Origin: Schmidtea nova
Taxonomy: Eukaryota
Direction of reading: 5' to 3'
Length of the DNA: 64,000 nucleotides
Assembly (NCBI GenBank): GCA_044892505.1
Contig: CM097883.1
Coordinates: 284,146,001 to 284,210,000 of the forward strand
Both the position numbers and the translations under genes were made by a program. The first letter of the stretch is position 1. Every line of letters begins with the position of its first letter. This document shows, in pieces, positions 36,461 to 52,339 of this stretch. Under the pieces are notes generated by a model. The model saw only the letters and a program-made list of their open reading frames with translations, did not search any database and was not told where the DNA came from.

Positions 36461-37999
36461 GTTCTAAAGATTTCAAAAAAGTTGATTATATCGGTGGTGG
36501 ATCATACGGAAAGGTTGATAAGTACAAGTTATTACAAACTGGCCATGAATTCGTAGTGAAAACTACGTACATCGAGACAAATGACTCGCGAATGATTGAA
36601 AATAACATAAATATTTATAGAGATCTTTTAACTCATGAAAGAATTATAACATATTATGGAGCTGTGCAAAATGCAAAAAAGTTATATATATTCATGGAAT
36701 ACATGCCACAGGTTAGATATTTATTTATTTAAATTTTTGAACATTCTTTCATTTTATATTACGTCTTATTGTACAAGTTGCATAATAATGCCAAAAGCAC
36801 GGAAATTCATTTTTTAATTTAATTTATATAAGCATGGAAATTATGCACATTGTTTGACACGTTAATGGAATGCAGTCAGAAAAATTTGAGAATGAAGTGA
36901 AAATAAATATAATTATATATATAATTATATATATATATATATAATTATATTTATTTTCACTTCATTCTCAAATTTTTCTGAATGAAGNNNNNNNNNNNNN
37001 NNNNNNNNNNNNNNNNNNNNNNNNNNNNNNNNNNNNNNNNNNNNNNNNNNNNNNNNNNNNNNNNNNNNNNNNNNNNNNNNNNNNNNNNNNNNNNNNNNNN
37101 NNNNNNNNNNNNNNNNNNNNNNNNNNNNAGGTTTAGTTGTCAAAATAATTTCCATTTGCATCGACACATCTTTTTCAGCGTGTAACCAGGTTTTGGAAGG
37201 CAAATTTGCAGAAATTCTGAAACGCTGCGTTTAAACCACCGGATAATTAAGAAATATATTTAGATTTATCCAAGTTTCTCAATATTAGAAATGAGCCGAC
37301 AATTTTCTGTTAATTGCTCCTTTGTATTTCCTATCAAACCATGAAAATGTCACTTGAGTGTGACCCGTATATGTTTTACTTATAGTAGATTCAATTTGGA
37401 AATAGTGTATTTTTGACTACTTACTCATAATTGCCTACTTATCATTTTCATTTATGATATATTTTCTAGTTTTTTTTTTGGATAAGCAAAACGTTCTAAA
37501 AACTAAATATTGTTAATTATGAATAAGAAATAAATTTTAACAAAAATAAAATGAATAACAAAATATTTATTATATTTTTCAATTTCTACATATTTAGGGT
37601 TCCTTACTGAAATATATTGAATCAAACAAAAAAATACCTCATGAACAAATTATTAAGTTCAGCAATCAAATAATTGAAGGAGTTGCTTTTCTTCACGGAA
37701 AGAAAATTATTCATCGAGATATCACACGTATTTATTTATAATTTATTTGAATATAATTTATAAATATTTACGGTTAGCTTCCAACATTCTACTGCACGGG
37801 GATTTTAATATTAAGTTAACAGATTTTGGTTTAAGTCGTGTAATGAAAGTGACTGTGACTGATCACAAAACACTCAATTGCGCGAAAACATTTTGTGGAA
37901 CAATAAATTATTTAGCCCCAGAAATAATAAAGGGATTTCGCTATAACTATTCCGTCGACATTTGGTCCATAGGCGCAACGATAGCTCACATGTTGTCAG
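36461..37999 (+). CDS. Ser/Thr kinase (STE/MAP3K2-3-like), three exons, C-terminus not found
   Basis: IGGGSYGKV, VVK, THERIITYYG, IFMEYMPQ|GSL, IIHRDITPSNILL, KLTDFG, GTINYLAPE, DIWSIG; GT-AG introns. Confidence 0.85.
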
Positions 38000-38104
38000 G
38001 TAGGTTTGTTTGAAATTGAACAAATTCATATTCAATAAATACATTCCATTATTACACTTTATTTCAGAATTTCAGAACTCATAATTAAGAAAAAATTTAT
38101 ATAA

Positions 38105-38343
38105 TATATTTTGACTTGTAATGATGGTTTTAGTCACTATGCACGTGCAGTTCCAACAAAACCTAAATCTGCAAATGAAATTGCTGAAGCTATAAAAACT
38201 TTATTTCCTGATGGACAGCCTCAAAGTTTATAAACTGATTTGGGTAAGAAATTAATTAAATTTAAATTTAAAATTAGGTAAAGAATTTTATAATAATAAA
38301 GTTAAAGAAATCATCAGGGGAATCAATCATTACTCGATATTAG
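38105..38343 (+). pseudogene. Polinton/Maverick-type integrase fragment with a 34-nt intron
   Basis: YILTCNDGFSHYARAVPTKPKSANEIAEAIKTLFPDGQPQSL*TDLG|KEFYNNKVKEIIRGINHYS; removing GT-AG 38244-38277 restores TDLGKEFYN. Confidence 0.7.
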
Positions 38344-38702
38344 TAGGGGATAGTGAGAGGTCTAGAACAAGCCATTTCTTCCTAAACTGTATATATTAAG
38401 TAATAATTATACAGATAACTCCCCACGGCCTAAAAATTGCTAAACACTTTTTGTATTATGTGCTCATTACGTAGTACTTTATATGTTACATAGAAATTAC
38501 GAAACACTTACTGAATGTACGTATTACTGAATGGGTTATATAATATGCATATAAACATTACGTAAAACTGTATGTCACGCAATGCTTATGTAACACTTTG
38601 TATAGTATGTAATAATTACGTATTACTTTATGTGTTACAAAATAGCCACATAATACTTTATATATTACGTAATATTATTATTATTATTATTGATATATTG
38701 AT

Positions 38703-38777
38703 AGATATGCTTCCTTCTTAGCTCATGCGGCAAGGGAGCAAGCCGTTATTGTGGGACTTCACAATTCCACAGAATGG
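38703..38777 (+). repeat. Structured repeat module B1 (homologue of 2461-2537)
   Basis: TGCTTCCTT/AAGGGAGCA 9-bp stem, then TGTGGGA/TTCCACA stem. Confidence 0.5.
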
Positions 38778-39459
38778 TGAGTGAGTAGTCATATGATTTT
38801 ATGGGCATGAATTGGAGGTTAGATTTGATTCGAGATTACACCCAAGGTGTGGTGCAGAAAGCTATTTATGATAATGATTATGTAATTTTTATGGACGATA
38901 AATTCGTAACTGGATTTAATTCAGGATTGCACTTAGGATGGGGTCACATAAGTTTATAATTTTTCACAGTGAAATTTTAGGAAGCAGTCATGAGGTATTC
39001 GATAAATCTATTTTTAATTACAATTTTAGCACATTCCATTATCAGTAAATCGATTGAAAATTTTTCATCACAATTGTACACACAGATTCTGAAATGAGCA
39101 CAATAGGTCAGACAGACACATGTCATACAGGATAAGTAATACATCCTGACACACCATATGGGCACAAAGTAGCCAGGGGTAGACCGTCACCTATGTCACG
39201 ATATAGAAGATGAATCTCACATATGTGTCACCAAATAAATTTTTCGTTGAATTGGTCATGTTGACATGAAGAATGATTTTAGTCGAGACAAATAAATTGA
39301 ACTAAACTTGACCACATATCAACAAACCGAATCGATTAGACGATGAATAGACTCTAACCACCTTTTTCGATAGCATTATAAACCTGATCGCTGTAAATAG
39401 CGCAGGTAAATAGTAATTTCTAATTTTAATTATTCTGATCGCTGTATATAGCGACAGTG

Positions 39460-39495
<36 letters not shown>

Positions 39496-40246
39496 TTATT
39501 TATTAAGGGGATGCCAAAATAAAATTTTCTTTTCTAATCTGGCGGAATGCCAATAGTCTTATCAACTTCTACTTTAAAAAATGATTAATTCCGGACGTAT
39601 AACTTTTTCTGGTTTCCTCAAATTTGAAATATCCATCATTACTATTACAATTGAATTATAAATGCTTAACCGAATCATACAGATGGAACAATGAGCCGTG
39701 GAACAATTTATATCAATCCAACGTAACTCAGCGATGGCAGCCAGCACTACAGCGTCTAACAAGGAGCGAGAGCTAAAAGACTTGCCCCACCAAATCATGC
39801 GAACAGTTAACATATTGATGTACAAATGGAGGCGAGAATTAGGGAAAAAGTGCCCATTCTCCATTTGGAATACCGGTCGAGACCGAGTACTATACCGAGA
39901 GGGCCCATGATGGCCAATTTCCGACAAAGGATATTCTACAACTTTTGGCTCGCTCGTAATAGACATTAATGGCCCCGATCAAAATCCCACGACGGCGATC
40001 CATTGGGGATAGATCCCTCCACACGAATTACTCAAACTGGGGCTAAAGTTATGCACCTTACCACGACCTGTCCGAAGAAGCCCCAGGTTCAATTTTTCGC
40101 TAGTTCATATTCGTCAAGCTCCAATAAACCAAGGCCTACATATTGTTCCCGTACATAGAAACAAAATTTAACATTTTATCCGAATGATTTTATAAAGTCA
40201 TTCACAATAGAAATATTCACTAATCCAAATTCATTTACTTTGTAGT

Positions 40247-40846
40247 ATGAATCCAGAGACAAGTCAACACCAAAAGTTGGACAAAGTGTGGAGGATTCGT
40301 CGAACTCTAGAAAAGGAGTTGGCACAGGTGAAAGCCCAACTGACAAAAGCCGAAGCCCAAACACAGTATTTGAGAAAGAGTTGGTTCGCCCCTGCTCGTA
40401 TGAAGGAGCAGATGAATTGGACGGAGCGAGCACAGAAACCTGCTGACGATTACCGTGCCGAATGGGAAGCGACGAAGATAGAATTGCGCCAATGTCTCCA
40501 TTCTGTGACGGCATCCTTCATCGACTCAGAATTGCGATCGGAGATTCGACCGATTACCTACCAGAAATGGGTGGGGGAACAGAAGGTGGCTTGTTCAGTC
40601 GGTACAGATACAGAAAGCCTAAGTTCAGTAACAGCCTCAAGTTTGATAGAGCCCACAGTCGTAAGAAGCTCCGCCGAGGGAGTAAAGAAACGGAAAAGGA
40701 TCGGCTCTAAGCGCCGACGACAAAGAAAACTGTTCGCCCAACAGTTGCAGGCTCAGGTAGACAACATGACGGAGATGTCGGAAGCGGAGTTATTGGCAGA
40801 GATATTTCCTCTCGGCGGAAATTTCTTAAATTTTTGTGAAAAATAA
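40247..40846 (+). CDS. Orphan 199-aa ORF (coiled-coil-like N-terminus, basic NLS-like KKRKRIGSKRRRQRK)
   Basis: Open frame, GC-richer than its flanks, begins just after a TTTGTAG acceptor-like site; no family recognised. Confidence 0.5.
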   Translation: MNPETSQHQKLDKVWRIRRTLEKELAQVKAQLTKAEAQTQYLRKSWFAPARMKEQMNWTERAQKPADDYRAEWEATKIELRQCLHSVTASFIDSELRSEIRPITYQKWVGEQKVACSVGTDTESLSSVTASSLIEPTVVRSSAEGVKKRKRIGSKRRRQRKLFAQQLQAQVDNMTEMSEAELLAEIFPLGGNFLNFCEK

Positions 40847-40920
40847 AAGAGTTTGATGTTGACAAAATTTTCGTTTTCTCTTTGTTTTTCGTTTCCTTTT
40901 ATTTAATTAATAATAACTAA

Positions 40921-41651
40921 TGTTTCAGCCAAAGTTTGCCTGAGCAAACTTTGGCTATTTTTGTGTGTGTATGTTAAAAATGTCTTATAGGCCTGTGTGC
41001 GCATTTTTACCGCTTGGTGTTCATAATTTATGTTGTTCACGCGTCTGTGTGCGCGATTAATTGGTAATTTTTGGATTATTGAGAATTAGATAGGTAATTG
41101 ATTTTTAGATTTAATATTTTAGAATTTTAGGGTTTTCTGTGAATTATTTTGTGTTGTTTAAATACTCCAATTGAGTATTTTAGATTTTGGATTTTTCAGT
41201 TTCGAATTAGAATTTTGATTAATGTGGAATTTCGATTATGTTGGAATCAATTTGGAATTTTTGTAATTATGGTTTCGAAAATGGAATTCTCCTCGTGTAA
41301 TGTTCAGAATTGATGCTCAATGCTTAATGTCAGAAGATTTACCATGCTTCGTAGCACAAAGCAGTTCTCATACTACTGTACGAAGAGATAATTTGCTAGA
41401 TGATACCATTAGCCAGTCGCAGCGTTATGGTCTCTTCGATTATGGTCTCTTTGAAATGTATCCTGAATCAAGACTCTGCTGGTTTAACAAAATGATATTT
41501 GATGACGATTTAACCCAGTTTACTGTGATCGGTAGATTGTTTGGTCTGGCAATTTACAATAACTTTATGATTGATCCTCAATCTCCTCTTGTAATGTTCA
41601 AAACATTGGCCAATAAAATCATTGAAAGGGCGTTACGTTTTATCACAAACA
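40921..41651 (+). repeat. 5' LTR (731 bp) containing a HECT fragment and AATAAA at 41612
   Basis: Direct repeat of 45303-46033; starts TGTTTCAG, ends ACAAACA. Confidence 0.95.
41300..41610 (+). pseudogene. HECT E3 ligase (HERC3/4-like) N-lobe fragment inside the LTR
   Basis: VRRDNLLDD, YGLFEMYPESRLCWFN, FTVIGRLFGLAIYNNFMIDPQSPLVMFKTL vs HERC-type VRR..IV.D, YGMF.Y..DSRLIWF, F.LIG..CGLAIYN...VD..FPLALYKKL; internal deletion, no catalytic C-lobe. Confidence 0.8.
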
Positions 41652-41655
41652 TTTC

Positions 41656-41673
41656 TGGTAGCAGAGCGTGGTT
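41656..41673 (+). promoter_or_regulatory. Primer-binding site complementary to initiator tRNA-Met
   Basis: TGGTAGCAGAGCGTGGTT 4 nt after the LTR; animal tRNAi-Met ends ...CTCTGCTACCA. Confidence 0.85.
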
Positions 41674-42004
41674 CCCATCGGGGGACCACGTGTTCTCTGG
41701 ATCATTCGGAATATGGTTCTGGCTATCCAGCCAGAACAAGGTATTTAAATGCAATATTTTTGAATTTTTATTTGAAGTTTTTTGTATATATGAATGTAGA
41801 ATTTTTTATGGTTTATTTGAATTTTTTTGGGTTGAAGCATTTCCCCCTCTGCCCTTTGCCATCTCTTGCGGTGGGTTGGGTCCATTAGGGGACCAGAAAA
41901 GATGCTGCTATGGGCCCCAGCATTCTTTTCAATTGGGGGACGAAATAGCCAGGAGAACAGATGGATTTAGGAGATCTGTTCCTTTAATTTGAAAAAATAA
42001 AACG

Positions 42005-46033
<4,029 letters not shown>

Positions 46034-46107
46034 ACTAAACTTAAATCAGATTTGAAAAAACATAGTAATGGAAATCGAGGAATCAGGCATTCTAGTAATA
46101 AATAAAT

Positions 46108-46302
46108 AGCGTAAGTCCTTATACGGCAGCATGAACCCGTGAACATAAATGAGGAGTAGTTCTAGCAATAGAGCTCACCTGCCCATTATTGTTCAATCAC
46201 CTTGCACATCACCAACTTGGTTATATAGGGAAATAATCAAGGGCGCTCGAGTGAGAAAAGAAATATTTATACATGATCATGGATGGGTAATCCCTAGCTA
46301 CT
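46108..46302 (+). ncRNA. Candidate structured RNA, module B2 (homologue of 3007-3202)
   Basis: AGTTCTA-GCAA-TAGAGCT hairpin; CTTGGTT/AATCAAG stem with TAGGGA loop; 3' TCCCTA. Confidence 0.55.
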
Positions 46303-46344
46303 ATTAGAAATTTTTGATCTAAACCCTCCATGAACCCCACACAC

Positions 46345-46530
46345 GTAAAAAGGATCGACTCGGAGATATTCCAAAAAATCAAAAATGCTCAGATTTCAAT
46401 AATTTTTATACCAATCTAGTGAGAATTATACGGCGAATAAAAAGGGTCAAAAAGTCGAAACATGAAAATTTTGTCTCATCTGACCAAATTTTACATGTAA
46501 AAAAAGTAGATTCGGGAAATTTCCAAAATT
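46345..46530 (+). repeat. Diverged dispersed copy of the 152-bp satellite monomer
   Basis: ACGTAAAA..GATCGACTCGG..ATTCCAAAAAATCAAAAATGCTCAGATTTCAATAATTTTTATACCAATCTA matches the 55.8-56.6 kb monomer. Confidence 0.8.
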
Positions 46531-47113
46531 TTGTAAATGGTCAGAATTCAATAATAGAACCTTTGGTATCAGAACCCTAGTATCAAAACCTTGGTATGAA
46601 AAGAGTGAATTAATGAAAGAACTAGTTATTGAATGATTGATTTCATCAAGAAAGTTGATTATTTTCACTGATTAAATTAGTCTGCGTGTGAATATATTGG
46701 AGATATTTGATTGGTTAATTCTTATAAAACTGAGTGAATTGAAAAGTTTCTTAACATTGTGATAATATTTTATATCATTGAATTCAAAGTGAAAGAATTC
46801 TAAATTGAAAATGACTAAAAGTAATATTTTATTGATTAAATCGATAAAATTGATTTGAAAATATTAAATGGAACATCAAAATTCAATTTAAATGTCATTG
46901 AAAACTTATTCATAAAGAGGAGTAATACGATGAAGTGAGTTAATGTGAAAGAATGCTTATCTTGAAGGATTCAATTATTTAATTCTTTAAAGATAAAAAT
47001 CTGTTCATAAACGAGAAATTTACTAAGAAACTGATTCAACAAAGAGGATTAATTCTTTAAAGAAAGTTCAATCAAATACAAATAAGTAGTCTGTTTAAAT
47101 TTGTGAATCATCA

Positions 47114-47163
<50 letters not shown>

Positions 47164-47666
47164 TTTAAATGGGGGCTAAAATGAAAGAAATCGAATCAAA
47201 GGAGCAATCTATTAGAAAAGAGTTAATTTACATCAGGAAATATCATGAAAATTCAGATTTTCATTGAATTGTTTGTGATAACTTTGAATAGATATCATTT
47301 AAATTAAGAGTGAATATTTACTAGAATCAATTTGAACATTTAATAAGAAGTATCAAGTATTTTAATTAGAAATCAATAAGTTTAACTAATTACTAGGATT
47401 TTTATAATTATTTTTAATAATTATAAATAGTANNNNNNNNNNNNNNNNNNNNNNNNNNNNNNNNNNNNNNNNNNNNNNNNNNNNNNNNNNNNNNNNNNNN
47501 NNNNNNNNNNNNNNNNNNNNNNNNNNNNNNNNNNNNNNNNNNNNNNNNNNNNNNNNNNNNNNNNNNNNNNNNNNNNNNNNTATTCATAGATATAAAAAGA
47601 GTTGTTTAAATAAACACGAAGAGAGAAGCAGTTTAAAAAAAGCACAAGAAGAAACCATTTAAATAA

Positions 47667-47939
47667 ATGTTGTATTTTATCGTATTGACTTTTGTTTTAG
47701 GGGTATCGGCAACGAAAGTTGCAACCCCTATAATTGGTGTCAGAAACGACAATTTTTTACGCGATCCTATTCTCAGTTCAGTATGTCACGAACATAATAT
47801 GGTCAATCTTATTCATCCACAGCCGCAACAAGTCGTTTACAGCAGCATTATTCACAATCTCGTAGTGTCCTTGCCTCAACATCATTCTACTCAACCACAA
47901 TTTACTCACATTTCATCGGACAATCAGAATCATTCTTAA
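47667..47939 (+). CDS. Possible secreted protein (signal-peptide-like start), perhaps pseudogenised
   Basis: MLYFIVLTFVLGVSA; H/Q/P-rich; similar composition continues in frame past the stop. Confidence 0.3.
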   Translation: MLYFIVLTFVLGVSATKVATPIIGVRNDNFLRDPILSSVCHEHNMVNLIHPQPQQVVYSSIIHNLVVSLPQHHSTQPQFTHISSDNQNHS

Positions 47940-48442
47940 TTATTATCGGCTCCATTTCCCGTTGGCAGAAGTAACACTTCAGCCCATATCATAAACCCAG
48001 TTGACGTGGCACATCCCAATCATAATCAGAACCAACAATACACAATTAGTCGACAACTTACCGTAGCAATGTCGATATTCGCTGTTGCTACTCCGTGCTC
48101 ATTGCTATCAGCTTCTCCAACAACTGCCGACGCTTTGCACTCATTCCACCAACAACATTAAATATCTCAACCAAATGACAATAGGTTCACCAATCCAAAT
48201 GATATAGCAATAAGTATCTTTATTATATTTCTATAAATAAAATTTTATTCATATTTATAATAATATTATATATAATATTTAATAAATATTGTTTGATAAA
48301 TATTATATTATTTAAAATTACCCTTCACGAATTCTCTATCCCGCCTCTCTTCCGCCCTTTAATTACAAACAGCACCCATAATCCTAACCTAGATCCAACA
48401 CACGATAACGATTCTTTCGCCAAAACCACACCGATACTACCA

Positions 48443-50830
48443 GCCTATATCCTCACGCGTTTTAATAACAGAATACGGGAAATCGCCGTTACTTCCGATC
48501 TACGCACAGACATTGCCACATCGCTTCGCATTGACAAGACCTCATTCTACGTGTCGTGCAATGGTTTTTTAGTCTCCTCTTCTACCCAGCTGCAGTCAAA
48601 TTCAATCTTCGACATCAACTGTCGCATCCTAGGAGACGGTAGAATCACAACAGCGCCATCTTCCTCATCCGGATTCCGCTCCATTCTGTTTTTTCTGGAC
48701 CCGGACGGTACACCTTCTTCGCGGTTTCGGATCTTTGAAGCGCGTACGTCTTTCTCTCCACGGTCACGAGCAGATTACCTCCTCGACAGTTTACCTGCCG
48801 AATTGATAGCTGAACTAGCCCCAAAAATTGCTGATGCTCTTGACGCAGGAAATCAATACGAAAGGCTAAATATTCTAATTGCAACCAAATACATTTCTTC
48901 ACAGGCCCAAGCTCTGAAAAAACTTTTGGCGGCACAGATTTACTCAGGTCAACAACCTAGTCTCTTTTTGGGAGAGATAGTTCATTTAAACGATGCGGCA
49001 GTACCCGTCTTTCTAAAAACGCACCTCTATTCGATACTAAAATCATCTCAACCAAATGCACGCCCCAAAAGAAACAACAAGTCGAATTCTTTTCCCCTTC
49101 TGACTTGTTTTTTTCACAATAAATTCTCTTCCGAAGCAAGAACATGTCATATCGGATGTTCATGAGCAAACTCTCCTTCCACTTTGAGAATCATTCCTAT
49201 TTTCATCTATCACAACATTTTCGGTTTACACGCACACAATTACCTTACAGGTTGCACTTTTGTAAACCGTCCCTCAAATAAATTACACGACAAAAATTAT
49301 TCAAATTGTCCACAAAAAGCTAACTTCGCTGTTTGTCCACCCTGGATTTTCAGGTGGCGTCCTTGCGATCAACAATATCTTCACTGTTGAAGCAAACGTG
49401 GATTCCAGCTCATCTATTCATTTTCTCGTCGATTCCGGCTCGTCATTTTCAATCCTTTCGACAACTTTCACACCAGATTTCAAATCTCTGTTCACTGTTT
49501 TAGCCGCCAACAGCACACCGATTCAATTTTTGGGAACAAAAATATTTTCCATTCACAATACCAACATTTGACTCAACTTTTACTCACATTTTCCACATAG
49601 CGGACACGATCCACCGAATACTAGGCTCCGATTTCTTATGCAAACAATCCATCATGGTAGATTGCAAAAACCGCAAGTTGTTCACTCTAAAGCAAGACAT
49701 CAACTATACATCAAAAAATTTCATCGTTGAATGTAGCATCAGTCTCGACCCAGGCATCTCCAATGACACAACTAAACACGATTCAACAGATTTCCACGAT
49801 AGAAAGCGCTCAACCCACATTGGACATCGGCCAATCAGCCAAACCAGATACAATGCATGACATGATCAAATTAATTACTAACAAATATCCAAATCTCATC
49901 ACTAAATCAGCTACCATACCATCCTTTACCCTGTCGACTCACTATATTCACACATTACCATGCATACGACAACACAATCTAGCTAGACCTCTCTTTTCCA
50001 CCAAACTCGACGCAGTCAAAGCTGATTTCGTTATTCTAGAAAACGCAGGCATTATACGTCGTTCATCTTCACCATGTGCTTCACCAATACACGTATTCAA
50101 GAAGAAGATGGATCATTTAGACCTTGCGGAGATTATCGACAACTCAATCAAGTAACAGTACCCGACGCATACCCAATTCCACTCATCAAAGATGTAATAA
50201 CACGCTTTTATCAATCTACCGTGTTTTCAACTATAGACCTCTCGAAAGCATAACACCAATTTCCCATCCATATCGACGACGTCCCAAAACAGCCGTCACT
50301 ACACAATTCGGAAATTTTGAATACATGTTCATGTCTTTTGATATCAGAAATGCAGCTCAGTCCTTACAACGTTTCACGGATACAATTTTTCGAGACGTTC
50401 CTCACACTTTCGCATACCTCGATGATATCATCATTGCGTCACCTGATTGAGGCAGCCACGCGGACGATTTATACACGGTCCTTAACATATGGAAATGCCT
50501 TAATTTACAGATAAACGTGAATAAATGTATTTTTTTCAAGAATGTGTCAGATTTCTCGGTCATATACTTTCATCTACTGGTTGTGAACGTCTACCCCAAA
50601 AGACTCGACGTAATCGACAGTTTTCCTCTGCCAACCACCTTGACACAACTACGTAGCTTTTTAGGCATCGACAATTTCTGCCACATATTCATTAAAAACG
50701 CATCTCACATAACGGTACCCCTTTCAACACTGAACACAGGATAAAAGAATTCTGTTATCAATTGGTCCGACACAACACGTGACTCATTCAACAAAGTCAA
50801 AGACACTCTAGCCAAGATCAACACTCTTCA
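48443..50830 (+). mobile_element. Mag-type gypsy copy 2: Ubl-Gag-protease-RT-start of RNase H, degenerate and 3'-truncated
   Basis: Ubl 48443-48637 (ends RILGD-G); Gag core; CFFHNKF..EARTC..GC; FLVDSGSS; GIIRRSSSPCASPIH, CGDYRQLN, FAYLDDIII, LRSFLGI. Confidence 0.88.
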
Positions 50831-52339
50831 CCCAATGCAAAACCCCAATAGCAGACTAGTTTCGAGCGTTTGGCTCTAATCAGCGCTCTGCAGGAGACGC
50901 GAAAATTGTTCTTCGCGCTAGGTAAGAATAAAAAAAGTCGAAACAACTTTGTTAAATACCATTCCTGATACACTGGATATCACATCACATGAAAATGCAA
51001 TGTCTTGCAGATACTCTGTAACTTGCAAACATGGTGTATGAAATTCATATTCGCTTCCGCGCACTAAATGTTCAACAGAAACTGTTTACAAGCGCACCCG
51101 ACTGAAATGAAGAATCCAATGTATTTTCCTATTTTAAAATTAACAATGAACAACATTGAAATCAATATTCGTGACGATATCCGAAAATTAATTAAATTTT
51201 CAAAAGATATCAAAAACGATTAAATTTTTTTTATTGATTTACCAAGTTTCCTGTTGACACATCCAAATAATGAAGGTGGAAAATTTAATTTGGAATATCA
51301 AAATTTGATTTATTTGGATGGTAGTTTGAAAGTAGACAATCCAAAAATTAAATTGTTTAGTTTTTTGTGATCAACATTAAGGTTAGTTAAATCAATTTAA
51401 ATATTTTTAAAAAATCAATTTTTCGATTGTCAAATAATAATAATAATAATGTTGGGTTATTAATGAATAGTCGGTTGGTATCTGACTACTGTGTTCTTTC
51501 TTTCACAACAATAAATTAGAACCAACACAATAAATTTTTATTTTCCTCTGTTTCAATCACAAGATATCAGTCACAGAAAGTTATACTATTATCTGCACTC
51601 TGCGTTAGGGTAGAAGACCCAATGGGAGATCCCCCTTTCTGGTACGCAGGAAAATTCATAAATCGATACTATAACTTTCAATTACCCTTTCAGCTTCTTT
51701 TTCGACTTTCAAGTCCTCGCTCAATTCTTTAAATATTTCTTCGACACACTGGCAATATCGGCAAATTGTCCTCAGTTTATATACTGCCTTTTTCCTTTCA
51801 TTCTGTCGTCTGCCAAGACCAAATAATTCAATTGTTTTTGTCGCTAAATAATTTGATTTGAACAAATTGATTTTGTGGCTCTTCCCGGGGCATCCTTTAC
51901 TCTTTCAATTTATTTGGATAATTGAATTTTTTGATGCCCGGTTTTCCCGCATCACTCGGGTTTCTCATTAGCTCAGGTTTTCCATTAGGTGAATAATTAT
52001 TTTAATTAATTTGTATTTCCTTAATATTTCTTTCTGGTGGTCCCTTTTCAATTTTATATACCATATTTAAATTCGTTTCAACATTTGGCATAGTCCCATA
52101 CCAGTCTCCCCCGTTGAATCTTTTTATTGAATTTTATAAATTTTTAATAAATGTTTGCACTTTAATTATTATTTTTCCAATTTCGTATTTTTATCGATTT
52201 ACACATAGTTTTTGTGCTTTTTAATTTTTTATTTCAAGTTGTTCAGGCAACCGCAATTATAATAATAATAATAATAAAAATAATAAAAATAAAAATAAAA
52301 ATACCTGCCAGTGATCCGTTCCTATCTAAAAGTATATAG

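Noticed and set aside
39574-40000. Possible tyrosine-recombinase (DIRS-like) remnant (AASTTAS)
   Set aside because: Only a weak motif echo; catalytic R-H-R-Y residues are not identifiable.
41838-41990. GPEKMLLWAPAF resembling a mitochondrial pyruvate carrier
   Set aside because: Similarity too short to assign; left as unidentified.
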